From Candidatus Levyibacteriota bacterium (GTDB lineage Bacteria; Patescibacteriota; Microgenomatia; Levybacterales; UBA12049): DNA of 64,000 nt. How positions within the stretch are numbered: the first letter of the stretch is position 1; each line of letters opens with the position of its first letter. The notes under the pieces were generated by a model that worked only from the letters and a program-made list of their open reading frames with translations, did no database searches and was not told the DNA's origin. Position numbers and translations under genes: made by a program. Location: the NCBI GenBank assembly GCA_029260905.1, contig JAJDCH010000002.1:15546-79545 (forward strand). Reading direction: 5' to 3'. Positions 45,230 through 56,278 of this stretch are shown here, one piece after another.

Positions 45230-48200
45230 ATGGATAATAATAAAACAAAGAATAAAAATTTATTAAAAGATTTGAACATCTCAGATTTTAAATCACTAAA
45301 GCTTTTGCTTGCAAAGCCCGAGGACATAATGGATTGGTCATATGGCGAGGTAACAAAGCCTGAGACGATAAATTATCGAACACTTAGACCTGAAAAAGAT
45401 GGACTTTTTGATGAGAGAATATTTGGTCCTACGAAAGATTGGGAGTGTTATTGTGGAAAATACAAGAGAATTAGATATCGAGGAATTGTTTGTGATAAGT
45501 GTGGGGTTGAGGTTACTCTCTCAAGAGTGAGGCGAGAAAGGCTTGGACATATTAGTCTTGCATGTCCAGTTGCGCATGTCTGGTTCTTTAAGGGCGCATC
45601 CAGTGCTTTAGCTCTTATTCTTGATGTTCAGCAAAAGAGTCTTGAGTCAATAATTTACTATGCATCATATCTCATAACCAACATTGATGAAAATAAGAAA
45701 AAAGAAGCGCTTGAAGCATTTGTTAAAAATATTGAAGAAAGAAAAGAGGCTTTGAAGAAAAGAATTGAAACCGAAGAAGCTGAAATAGGAAAAGAAGCTG
45801 AAAGCAAGAAAAAAGAAGTAAAGGGAGGCGCGGAACATAAGCAGCTTATCGCTGAAGAGGTTGAGCTTTCAAAGAGACAAAAAGTTGCAAGACTTGCAGA
45901 AACTCTTGACCAGGAGGTAAAAAAACTTGATGAGATATCAGATACATTCATAAAGCTTTTAAAGAGTTTGAGGGTTGGAAGTGTTCTGTCTGAAGACGAA
46001 TACTTTAAATTACTTGAGTATGATACACCGATCTTTTTCTCAATCAAGACAGGTTCTGAAGCACTTCTTGAGGTTGTAAAAAACATTGATCTGTCAGCGC
46101 TTATTGCAAATCTCCGAACTGAAGCAGAAAAATCATCTGGTCAGCGTTACATAAGAGTTGTAAAAAGATTGAGACTTATTGAATCTATGAGAGGGGCTGG
46201 AACATCACCTGCTTCAATGGTCATGTCAGTCTTGCCTGTTATCCCGCCAGATCTTCGTCCAATGGTTCAGCTATCAGGTGGAAGATTTGCAACATCTGAT
46301 CTAAACGATCTATACAGAAGGGTAATAAATAGAAATAATCGTCTTAAGCACCTACTTGTTCTTGGTGCGCCAGAAATAATTTTAAGAAATGAAAAGAGGA
46401 TGCTTCAGGAATCTGTTGATGCTTTGATTGATTCATCACAGAGAAGTTCACAAACAGTTGCATCTAGCCTTCGATCTCTTTCAGATATGCTTCGTGGAAA
46501 ACAGGGTCGTTTCCGTCAGAATCTACTTGGAAAAAGGGTCGACTATTCAGGGCGTTCAGTTATTGTTGTTGGACCTGAGCTTTCTCTTTCGCAATGTGGA
46601 CTTCCAAAGGAGATGGCGCTTGAGGTTTTTAAGCCATTTATTCTTCGTGAGGTAATTATCAGAGGTCTTGCAACCAACATTAAATCAGCAAAGAGATATA
46701 TTGAAAAGAGACCACCTGAAGTCTTTGATATTCTTGAGGAAATTACAAAAGATCATCCAGTTCTTTTGAACCGTGCTCCTACCTTGCACAAGCTTGGTAT
46801 GCAGGCGTTCTATCCTGTTTTGATTGAAGGATCAGCTATTCAGCTTCATCCTTGTGTCTGTTCTGGTTATAATGCTGATTTTGATGGAGATCAGATGGCT
46901 GTTCATATCCCACTTTCCAAAAAAGCGCAAGAAGAGGCAGTAAGACTCATGACACCAGAGCACAATCTTCTTAAGCCTGCAAGTGGCGACCCGATAACTC
47001 TTCCAAACAAAGAAATGGCACTTGGAACTTATTACATCACAACCATAAATGAGGATCTCAGAAAACCAAAAGAAGAAATGGCTTATTTTGAATCATCTGA
47101 TGCAGCTCTTCTTGCTTTTGATTTGGATAAGATTCAGATGAGAGAGCCTGTAAATGTGAGAATAAAGGGTGAATTGATTGAAACAAGTGTTGGTAGGCTT
47201 AAGTTCAATGAACTTCTTTTTGAAGACCTACGATTTGTAAACAAGAGCATAAATGCTGGAGCAATCAAGACAGTTATTGTTAAAGCTATGAAGATGTATT
47301 CATCGTCCGAGGTGGCTGAGCTTATTGATAAGATCAAAAATCTTGGATTTTATGGAGCTACGATTTCGGGAATAAGTGTTAGTGTTTTTGATAATGATAT
47401 TGTCCCAGAAAAAGGCAAAATGGTTGAGGATGCAGAGAAAAAAGTCGCGCTGATTGACAAGGAATATCAAGATGGTTTGATAACAATAACTGAAAAGAAA
47501 AGGCTTTCAAATAATGTTTGGCTTAAAGCAACAGATGAAGTTGCTGATCTTACTTGGAAAGCATTGAAAGCTTCCAACCCTATTAAGCTCAGTATCGACT
47601 CTGGAGGATCACGTGCTGGCCTTGAGCAGCTCAAACAACTTTCAGCTATCCGTGGTCTTATCGTTGACCCGCTTGGAAAGATTGTTGAACTTCCCGTTAA
47701 ATCAAACTTCCGTGAGGGTTTAAGTATTTTTGAATACGTTGCATCAGCAAGGGGTTCAAGAAAAGGTCTGACAGATGGTGCGCTTAAGACAGCAAACGCA
47801 GGTTATTTGACACGTCGTCTTGTAGATGTGGCACATGATGTGATTATAAGAGCTGAAGATTGTGGAACAACTGAGGGAATTGTCATTCAGGAAGGCGAAA
47901 AAGATAGAACGTCAATACTTGTTGATCGTGTGGTTGGACGTGTAGCAGCTGAGAATGTGACATCCAAAAAGAGTAAAAAGGTCCTTCTTAAAGCAGGAGA
48001 AGAGATAAACGAAGATGCAGTAAAATTATTTGAAGAAAATGAAGTAGATGAAGTTGTTGTTCGTTCGCCACTTCTTTGTAAGTTGTCATATGGAATTTGT
48101 AGCGCGTGTTATGGATGGGATTTCTCAACTAAGAAATTGATTGGTGATGGCGTTCCAGTTGGAGTTGTAGCTGCGCAATCAATTGGTGAGCCGGGAACTC

Positions 48201-49030
48201 AGCTTACTATGCGTGTTAAGCATTATGGTGGTGTTGTTATGTCAGATGTGACCCAAGGATTGCCAAGAGTTGAAGAACTTTTTGAAATGAGAACTCCCAA
48301 GAATCTTGCTCCTGTTTCTGAAATTACAGGAAAGGTAAAAATAGATACTAATAATGAAGGACATCTTGTTTATATCAAGAATACAAAGATAAAACCAATA
48401 GAGACACAGGAATATTTTGTTCCTCTCTCAGCTGAGTTACAGATTAAAGATGGTGATGAGGTTAATGCAGGTACACCACTTGCAGCTGGTGACTTGGATC
48501 CAAAAGAAGTTTTGAAGATTGGTGGCGTTTTGATGGCGCAGCGCTATCTTATTACACAGGTTCAAAAAGTGTATGAATCACAAGGAATTATGATAAATGA
48601 CAAACATTTTGAGGTCACAATCAGAAAGATGTCGGATAAGATAATTGTTGAAACAGTAGGTGATACATCGCTCATACCAGGAGATTTTATTACTAAAGCA
48701 AAATTTGAGGAGATTAATGGTGGAGTTCTGGCTGAAGGCGGAGAACCTGCAACAGGAAGGCAAGTGCTTCTTGGTATCACCAAAGCAGCTTTATTCTCTG
48801 ATTCATGGCTATCTGCTGCATCATTCCAGGAGACAACAAAAGTACTTACAGAAGCGGCTCTTGAAGGACGTGTAGATAAATTGATTGGTCTTAAGGAGAA
48901 CGTTATAATAGGACGTCTTATTCCTGTTGCTCCAATGGAAGGTGATGATGCAGATGGTAAAAAAATTGCTACTACTGAAGAATCATCTGAAGAAAAAGTA
49001 GAAGTGGTTGAAGAATCAGTTGCCGCTTAA
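45230..49030 (+). CDS. rpoC: RNA polymerase beta' subunit
   Basis: Zinc-binding CYCGKY..CDKC, NADFDGDQM, SIGEPGTQLTM. Confidence 0.99.
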   Translation: MDNNKTKNKNLLKDLNISDFKSLKLLLAKPEDIMDWSYGEVTKPETINYRTLRPEKDGLFDERIFGPTKDWECYCGKYKRIRYRGIVCDKCGVEVTLSRVRRERLGHISLACPVAHVWFFKGASSALALILDVQQKSLESIIYYASYLITNIDENKKKEALEAFVKNIEERKEALKKRIETEEAEIGKEAESKKKEVKGGAEHKQLIAEEVELSKRQKVARLAETLDQEVKKLDEISDTFIKLLKSLRVGSVLSEDEYFKLLEYDTPIFFSIKTGSEALLEVVKNIDLSALIANLRTEAEKSSGQRYIRVVKRLRLIESMRGAGTSPASMVMSVLPVIPPDLRPMVQLSGGRFATSDLNDLYRRVINRNNRLKHLLVLGAPEIILRNEKRMLQESVDALIDSSQRSSQTVASSLRSLSDMLRGKQGRFRQNLLGKRVDYSGRSVIVVGPELSLSQCGLPKEMALEVFKPFILREVIIRGLATNIKSAKRYIEKRPPEVFDILEEITKDHPVLLNRAPTLHKLGMQAFYPVLIEGSAIQLHPCVCSGYNADFDGDQMAVHIPLSKKAQEEAVRLMTPEHNLLKPASGDPITLPNKEMALGTYYITTINEDLRKPKEEMAYFESSDAALLAFDLDKIQMREPVNVRIKGELIETSVGRLKFNELLFEDLRFVNKSINAGAIKTVIVKAMKMYSSSEVAELIDKIKNLGFYGATISGISVSVFDNDIVPEKGKMVEDAEKKVALIDKEYQDGLITITEKKRLSNNVWLKATDEVADLTWKALKASNPIKLSIDSGGSRAGLEQLKQLSAIRGLIVDPLGKIVELPVKSNFREGLSIFEYVASARGSRKGLTDGALKTANAGYLTRRLVDVAHDVIIRAEDCGTTEGIVIQEGEKDRTSILVDRVVGRVAAENVTSKKSKKVLLKAGEEINEDAVKLFEENEVDEVVVRSPLLCKLSYGICSACYGWDFSTKKLIGDGVPVGVVAAQSIGEPGTQLTMRVKHYGGVVMSDVTQGLPRVEELFEMRTPKNLAPVSEITGKVKIDTNNEGHLVYIKNTKIKPIETQEYFVPLSAELQIKDGDEVNAGTPLAAGDLDPKEVLKIGGVLMAQRYLITQVQKVYESQGIMINDKHFEVTIRKMSDKIIVETVGDTSLIPGDFITKAKFEEINGGVLAEGGEPATGRQVLLGITKAALFSDSWLSAASFQETTKVLTEAALEGRVDKLIGLKENVIIGRLIPVAPMEGDDADGKKIATTEESSEEKVEVVEESVAA

Positions 49031-49063
49031 ATGCCTTAATGGTATAATACCAAGACTAAATAT

Positions 49064-49537
49064 ATGCCGACACTATCACAATTATCAAAATCAGGAAGGT
49101 CAAAAAGGATTAAGAAGACCAAGTCAACAGCTCTTAAAACAGTTTTTAATTCAAAAGAGAGACGTTTTAAAGAGTTTAGTTCGCCTCAGAAAAGAGGAGT
49201 GGTTACGCTGGTTAAAACCATGACTCCCAAAAAGCCTAATTCTGCTCTTCGAAAAGTGGCGCGTATCAAGCTTTCAAATAAGACTGAGGTTACAGCATAT
49301 ATTCAAGGAGTTGGTCATACTTTGTCAGAGCACGGAATTGTTTTGGTAAGGGGTGGTCGTGTCAGGGATCTTCCAGGTGTTAAATATCATTTGGTAAGAG
49401 GCAAATTTGATCTTTTGGGAGTTGATGGAAGAAAGACATCAAGAAGTATTTACGGAACTAAGTTGCAAAAAGGCGGAGCAAAGGTTGCGCCAGCAGCTGC
49501 AGCTCCAACTCCTGCGCCTGAAGCGCCAGTCGCCTAA
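49064..49537 (+). CDS. rpsL: 30S ribosomal protein S12
   Basis: [23 protein letters not shown]. Confidence 0.98.
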   Translation: MPTLSQLSKSGRSKRIKKTKSTALKTVFNSKERRFKEFSSPQKRGVVTLVKTMTPKKPNSALRKVARIKLSNKTEVTAYIQGVGHTLSEHGIVLVRGGRVRDLPGVKYHLVRGKFDLLGVDGRKTSRSIYGTKLQKGGAKVAPAAAAPTPAPEAPVA

Positions 49538-49546
49538 ACATAAAAT

Positions 49547-50020
49547 ATGAGACACAAAAAAGTTAAAAAAAGAATAACAAATCCTGATACTATCCATAAT
49601 TCTATGGTTGTTTCAAAGCTGATCAACTACATCATGAAAGATGGTAAAAAGACAGTTGCCCAGAAGCAGGTTTATGGTGCATTTGATGTATTAACAGAAA
49701 AGGGAAAAGACCCACTAAAAGAATTTGATCTCGCGCTTACAAATGTAGGACCAAAAGTAGAAGTAAAGGCAAGACGTGTAGGTGGGGCAAATTATCAAGT
49801 TCCTGTTGAGGTAAGTCCAGCAAGACGAACATCCCTTGCGCTACGTTGGATTATTGAAGCAGCAACCAAAAGACCAAACAAAGAATACCACACTTTTTCT
49901 GAAAAGCTGGCAGCAGAGATAATAGATGCGACGCAAAATCTTGGTGATGCAGTTAGAAAAAGAGAAATAGCCCTCAAGCAAGCAGAAGCCAACCGCGCCT
50001 TCTCCCACTTCAGGTGGTAA
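49547..50020 (+). CDS. rpsG: 30S ribosomal protein S7
   Basis: MKDGKK, RRVGGANYQVP, AEANRAFSHFRW. Confidence 0.98.
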   Translation: MRHKKVKKRITNPDTIHNSMVVSKLINYIMKDGKKTVAQKQVYGAFDVLTEKGKDPLKEFDLALTNVGPKVEVKARRVGGANYQVPVEVSPARRTSLALRWIIEAATKRPNKEYHTFSEKLAAEIIDATQNLGDAVRKREIALKQAEANRAFSHFRW

Positions 50021-50037
50021 ATAAAATCTGTTGAGAT

Positions 50038-50301
50038 TTACTCAAATCTGAATAAGTCAGGATTTTTTTGAACTTCGTTTGATTTGAAAATTCCACCGTT
50101 CATACTGAGAAAAACTCCAGGTTCTATGTTGTCAAACGATGCTATTGAAAATCCGAGATTAAACCCCGCATCAGATGCTGAAAAACTAGTTATTGGGATC
50201 ATGGATCCAGTAAAGATAATTTTTTTATCTCCAAAAGAATTCTTGTCAAAAAAATGAGCAGTTTCTTGAAAGAGCTGACAGGTTTTTTGATGCTGTAGCA
50301 T
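50038..50301 (-). pseudogene. asparaginase-domain fragment, probably 5'-truncated
   Basis: IIFTGSMIP...SDAGFNL...GVFLSMNG matches the second half of the asparaginase N-domain. The catalytic GGT and HGTDT motifs are absent. Confidence 0.6.
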
Positions 50302-50371
50302 GGTGAATTGTTTGGTTTTGAAAAAGTTGGGAGAGCATATTTAAGGGCAAGATAACTTGAATTGTAAAAGC

Positions 50372-51034
50372 TTATTCAAATTCTACCCCGAGGATTTTGT
50401 CACCGATTTCTATTTTGTTAACAACACTCATACCACTTGTTACTATCCCAAAGTTGGTGTATTGGTTATCAAGCCAGTCTGCCTCAGATTTTGTAATGAA
50501 GAACTGTGAGTCATTTGAGACGCGGGCGCCTTGCCCTATCTGCATTTGGCTTGAGGCAGCCATGCCCAAAGATCCCGTGAGAAAGGGCTTGTTGTTTAGC
50601 TCAGTCTGAATTGCATTTCCTCCTGTGCCGTTTGCAAGAGGATCACCGCCTTGGACGACCCAGCCCTCGACTCTATGGAAATTTTTGTTTTTATAGAATC
50701 CTGCTTTTGATTTGTTTATAAAATTAGCAACAGCATTGGGCGCTTCTCTACCAAAAAGAATAATATCTATATCACCTTTACTTGTTTTGATGGTTGCTGA
50801 AACAGACGCATTAAGAGGCCCCTGGATTCCAGTATCTGTAGCGGTCTGTTGCTGAGATGCTTGTTGTTGTTGATCTTGTTGCCCGTTTTTTGCAAATGTT
50901 TGGGATTCAGGAGGAAGTGTGGGGAGGATGCTTCCTGTTAATTTATTTCCAAGTGTGTCTTTTTGAGAAAATAGCAAGATTCCACCCAGGATGACAATGA
51001 CAGAAATAGTTGATATAAGATTGAATTTGTTCAT
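50372..51034 (-). CDS. membrane-anchored cyclophilin-type peptidyl-prolyl isomerase
   Basis: N-terminal TM, Q-rich linker, FHRV..WVVQGGDP..NGTGG, SQFFIT, WLDNQYTNFG. Start set at ATG 51034, 7 nt after TGc-TAAAAT. Confidence 0.9.
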   Translation of the reverse strand: MNKFNLISTISVIVILGGILLFSQKDTLGNKLTGSILPTLPPESQTFAKNGQQDQQQQASQQQTATDTGIQGPLNASVSATIKTSKGDIDIILFGREAPNAVANFINKSKAGFYKNKNFHRVEGWVVQGGDPLANGTGGNAIQTELNNKPFLTGSLGMAASSQMQIGQGARVSNDSQFFITKSEADWLDNQYTNFGIVTSGMSVVNKIEIGDKILGVEFE

Positions 51035-51167
51035 ATTGGTTATTTTAGCAAACAAAACGCGTTTTGCGAAGTCCCCTGAAATCACATATTCTCCTACGCC
51101 TTGTTTGGTAGGGCTACGGCGGATCTACAGTTGTAATTGCTAAGCGAGGTGGTATACAATTATGACC

Positions 51168-52898
51168 ATGATTAAACAGGAAAATATTAGGAACTTTGCA
51201 ATCATAGCGCATATTGATCATGGTAAGTCAACACTATCTGATAGGCTTTTGGAAATAACAAAAACAATTGCCAAGGACAAGCTTCAAGAGCAATTTCTTG
51301 ATCAAAACGTGATAAGCCGCAAGCGTGGAATCACTATTAAACTTGCACCAGTCAGGATGAAATACGTCTTGGATGAAAAAGAATATCAGATGAATTTGAT
51401 TGATACGCCAGGACACGTTGATTTTTCCTATGAGGTATCACGTACGCTTGCTGCATGCGAAGGGGCTGTTTTACTCGTTGATGCAACTCAGGGGATTCAA
51501 GCACAAACCGTTGCCCATTTTCAGGTAGCCCAAAAGCTGGGTCTTGTTATGATCCCTGTTCTAAATAAAATTGATCTGCCAAATGCAGACACAGAAAAAG
51601 TAATAAAAGAACTAGAAAAATTTGGGTTTGAAGCAAAAGATATCATCTCGATCTCTGCAAAAACAGGAGAGAACGTAGATGTTCTTCTTGAAAGAGTTAT
51701 TGAAAAAATTCCAGCACCAAAGGGTGATGAGAAAGCACCACTTAGGGCACTTATATTTGATGCAGTTTATGATGAATATAGGGGTGTAATCGCATACGTA
51801 AGAGTAGTAGACGGAAGTATAAGAAAAGGTGAAAAGATTGAGTTTTTTCAAAATAAGCTTAAAGTCGATACTGCAGAAGTTGGGATATTCACGCCTTTTT
51901 TGAAAGAAACAGAAGATCTTGGAGCAGGCGAAATTGGATATATTGTTGGTTCAATAAAAGATATCAGACAGGCAAGGGTTGGTGATACGATAATTGAAGC
52001 AGGGAAAAAAGTTGAACCACTTCCTGGATATGATGTACCACAACCAATGATATTTTTTGGGATGTACCCGAAAATATCAGATGATTACCCAAAGCTCAAG
52101 GAATCGCTAGGCAAGCTTACTCTCAACGATACATCTCTTACCTATACTGATGAGTATTCAGCTTATCTCGGATCAGGATTTAGAGTTGGATTTTTAGGAC
52201 TTCTCCATGCTGATATTGTAAAGGACAGACTCAAGCAGGAGTTTGAATTGGACCTTCTTCTTACCATGCCTCAGGTTCTCTATGAAACACGGGGTGAGGA
52301 TATCTATGAACCGTATATGTTTCTAAGCGTATATGTTCCAGAAGAATATGTTGGAAATACTATGACTGTTTGTCAAAAGAAAAAAGGACAAATGATAGAC
52401 ATTAAATACCATGAAGGATTCGCAGTTCTTTCATATGAGATGCCTTATTCTATGTTCATAAGAGGCTTGTCAGGCGATCTTAAGTCAGTAACAGCAGGTT
52501 ATGGAAGCCTTGATTATATATTGACTGAGTATAAAAAGGCAGATCTAGTAAAGCTTGAAATATTTATCAATTCAAATTCGATTGATGTTTTATCAGAGCT
52601 TGTCTACAAAGACGAAGCAGTTTATGTGGCAAGAGAAAAAGCAGAAAAGCTGAAGGAGTCGCTTGATAGGCAACAGTTTCGTCAGATCATCCAAGCAGTG
52701 ATAAATGGTAACATTGTTGCAAGAGAGGAGATAGCTCCTTTTAGAAAGGATGTCACAGCCAAATTGTATGGTGGTGATAGGACAAGAAAGGACAAGCTTC
52801 TAGATAAGCAGAAGAAGGGTAAAAAGAAAATGATTTCAACTGGAAAGGTGTCTCTTCCACAAAGCGCTCTTTTTTCCATGATAAGTGATAGTAAGTAG
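51168..52898 (+). CDS. lepA: elongation factor 4 (LepA)
   Basis: IRNFAIIAHIDHGKSTL, DTPGHVDF, GFRVGFLGLLH, RKDVTAKLYGGD. Start is 51162 or 51168; the promoter position favours 51168. Confidence 0.96.
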   Translation: MIKQENIRNFAIIAHIDHGKSTLSDRLLEITKTIAKDKLQEQFLDQNVISRKRGITIKLAPVRMKYVLDEKEYQMNLIDTPGHVDFSYEVSRTLAACEGAVLLVDATQGIQAQTVAHFQVAQKLGLVMIPVLNKIDLPNADTEKVIKELEKFGFEAKDIISISAKTGENVDVLLERVIEKIPAPKGDEKAPLRALIFDAVYDEYRGVIAYVRVVDGSIRKGEKIEFFQNKLKVDTAEVGIFTPFLKETEDLGAGEIGYIVGSIKDIRQARVGDTIIEAGKKVEPLPGYDVPQPMIFFGMYPKISDDYPKLKESLGKLTLNDTSLTYTDEYSAYLGSGFRVGFLGLLHADIVKDRLKQEFELDLLLTMPQVLYETRGEDIYEPYMFLSVYVPEEYVGNTMTVCQKKKGQMIDIKYHEGFAVLSYEMPYSMFIRGLSGDLKSVTAGYGSLDYILTEYKKADLVKLEIFINSNSIDVLSELVYKDEAVYVAREKAEKLKESLDRQQFRQIIQAVINGNIVAREEIAPFRKDVTAKLYGGDRTRKDKLLDKQKKGKKKMISTGKVSLPQSALFSMISDSK

Positions 52899-52899
52899 T

Positions 52900-54063
52900 T
52901 TAGAGGAAGAGGAAGATGAATGCGCCTCCGAGCATAAGAACCAATGATACAATTCCTACACCCAGTGCAACTTCTGCTGATCCTGTTGGCTCAAGCGTTG
53001 GTATAGGTGTAGGAGCAGTTACTCCGCCACCAGTTGAGCCACCACCGCCACCAGTTGAGCCACTATCCCCATTTACAGTAACAGTCCCTTTACATAGATC
53101 AGATGGAGCGCTTACTCCTCCTCGTTCATCATATATAACAGCGCTTACGTTGAATGTTCCAGCATTATTGTAGGTGTAGGATGCTGGTGCATTTACAGAT
53201 GCTGTTCCTATTCCGCCGCCAGATGAGACATCAGTTGTCCCACCGTCACCAAAGTTGAATGTTACTTTATTAATAGTTCCATCTGTGTCACTACCTGCAA
53301 CAGTAAATGTAACTGAGAATGGTAAATCTCCAACTGGATCCCTGTCAACACTTAAGCTGTCACAAACAGGAAGCTCGTTTGGAATTTCAGGTCCAGGAGT
53401 TGAATCAGGATCTGGCGTAGCAGTTGGAGATGGAATTTTGGTTGGAGCTGGAGTGCCAGTCGGAATTGCTGTGTCCTGGACTCCGATTGCAATGTATGCT
53501 GGATTTGATGATGATAGAACGTTCTCTGCAAATTCACTATTACCATCAATTGATGAAACAGTTGTAGTAATACCATATGAAACCTGCGTTGGTGTTGTTG
53601 CGTCGGTGTTGCTGAGTGCAGTAAATGTAACCTTTCCAGCACTTGTTGGTATTTGTTGGATTGCCTTTGTTGGGTCTGATCCAACTGAGAGGGCGACTGA
53701 AATTTTGCCAGGTTCATATACAGGACCTTCTGTAATTGTCGGGAATGCGCTTGTGTTTACTACAAACGCACCGTTTTCTGCTGATAATTTTTCGGGATCA
53801 TAACTAATTTCAAGTTTTACAAAAGAAACAAGGTTTTCTCCGGGATCGACAACAACATCAAGAGTTACCTGTTTATCAATATCTGTTTTTATTGGTGCGC
53901 TTGCTGAAGAATCGGGTTTGTAGAGAAGGTTTGTGGATGGGTTAGCTCTTGATCTAGTATCTGTGGTTGTGCCCACAAGATAGATGGTTAGCGGTATTCC
54001 AATTAGAAGTACGGCAAGAAGTCCAAACAAGAGAATTTTTTTACCGCTTATTTTTTGTTTCAT
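52900..54063 (-). CDS. surface protein: N-terminal TM, cohesin-like domain, PT linker, PKD domain, C-terminal LEPTG + TM
   Basis: TRSRA after the TM; beta-sandwich VKLEISYDPEKL..AGKVTF; PKD FNFGDG..YTY..AGTF.V; ends TLEPTG plus a hydrophobic helix. Confidence 0.7.
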   Translation of the reverse strand: MKQKISGKKILLFGLLAVLLIGIPLTIYLVGTTTDTRSRANPSTNLLYKPDSSASAPIKTDIDKQVTLDVVVDPGENLVSFVKLEISYDPEKLSAENGAFVVNTSAFPTITEGPVYEPGKISVALSVGSDPTKAIQQIPTSAGKVTFTALSNTDATTPTQVSYGITTTVSSIDGNSEFAENVLSSSNPAYIAIGVQDTAIPTGTPAPTKIPSPTATPDPDSTPGPEIPNELPVCDSLSVDRDPVGDLPFSVTFTVAGSDTDGTINKVTFNFGDGGTTDVSSGGGIGTASVNAPASYTYNNAGTFNVSAVIYDERGGVSAPSDLCKGTVTVNGDSGSTGGGGGSTGGGVTAPTPIPTLEPTGSAEVALGVGIVSLVLMLGGAFIFLFL

Positions 54064-54177
54064 AAATTTATTTTATTCAATTGAGAAGTGCCGAGATAAT
54101 CCTCGTATTTTTATCGTATACTAATAAAAAAGCCTCTGTCAAGCGGTAATTAAAATTCACTGAAATATTATAAGATA

Positions 54178-54233
54178 TTGACACATCTGGAAGTCTGTTG
54201 TATAAATTAGCATACAGATTGATCAAGTGATAA
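54178..54233 (+). promoter_or_regulatory. groESL sigma70 promoter followed by a CIRCE operator
   Basis: TTGACA (54178), 17 nt, TATAAA (54201). TTAGCATAC-N9-AAGTGATAA (54207-54233) matches CIRCE at 7/9 per arm. Confidence 0.8.
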
Positions 54234-54261
54234 AACTTGGTTGGTCTATATTTTTTGACTT

Positions 54262-54558
54262 ATGGCAAATAAAAAAATAAAACCACTTTTTGATAATATA
54301 CTAGTTAAGCCAGTTCAAGCCGAAACTAGAACATCAGGAGGTATATATCTTCCAGAAACAGCTAAAGAAAAACCACAAATTGGTGAGGTGATTGCAATAG
54401 GTGATGGTGCTAGAGATAATGCAGGAAAGCTTATTCCAATGGTTGTGAAGATAGGTCAGAAAGTAATGTATGCCAAATGGGGTGGAAGTGAAGTTAAGGT
54501 AGATAACGAAGAATGGAAATTGGTGAAGCAGACAGATATACTTGCAATTGTTGAGTAG
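54262..54558 (+). CDS. groES: co-chaperonin GroES
   Basis: IKPLFDNILV, TSGGIYLPETAKEKPQ.GEVIAIG, DILAIVE. Confidence 0.98.
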   Translation: MANKKIKPLFDNILVKPVQAETRTSGGIYLPETAKEKPQIGEVIAIGDGARDNAGKLIPMVVKIGQKVMYAKWGGSEVKVDNEEWKLVKQTDILAIVE

Positions 54559-54591
54559 ATCTTAAGCACTAAGCACGAAATTCAAAATTAA

Positions 54592-56274
<1,683 letters not shown>

Positions 56275-56278
56275 CTTA

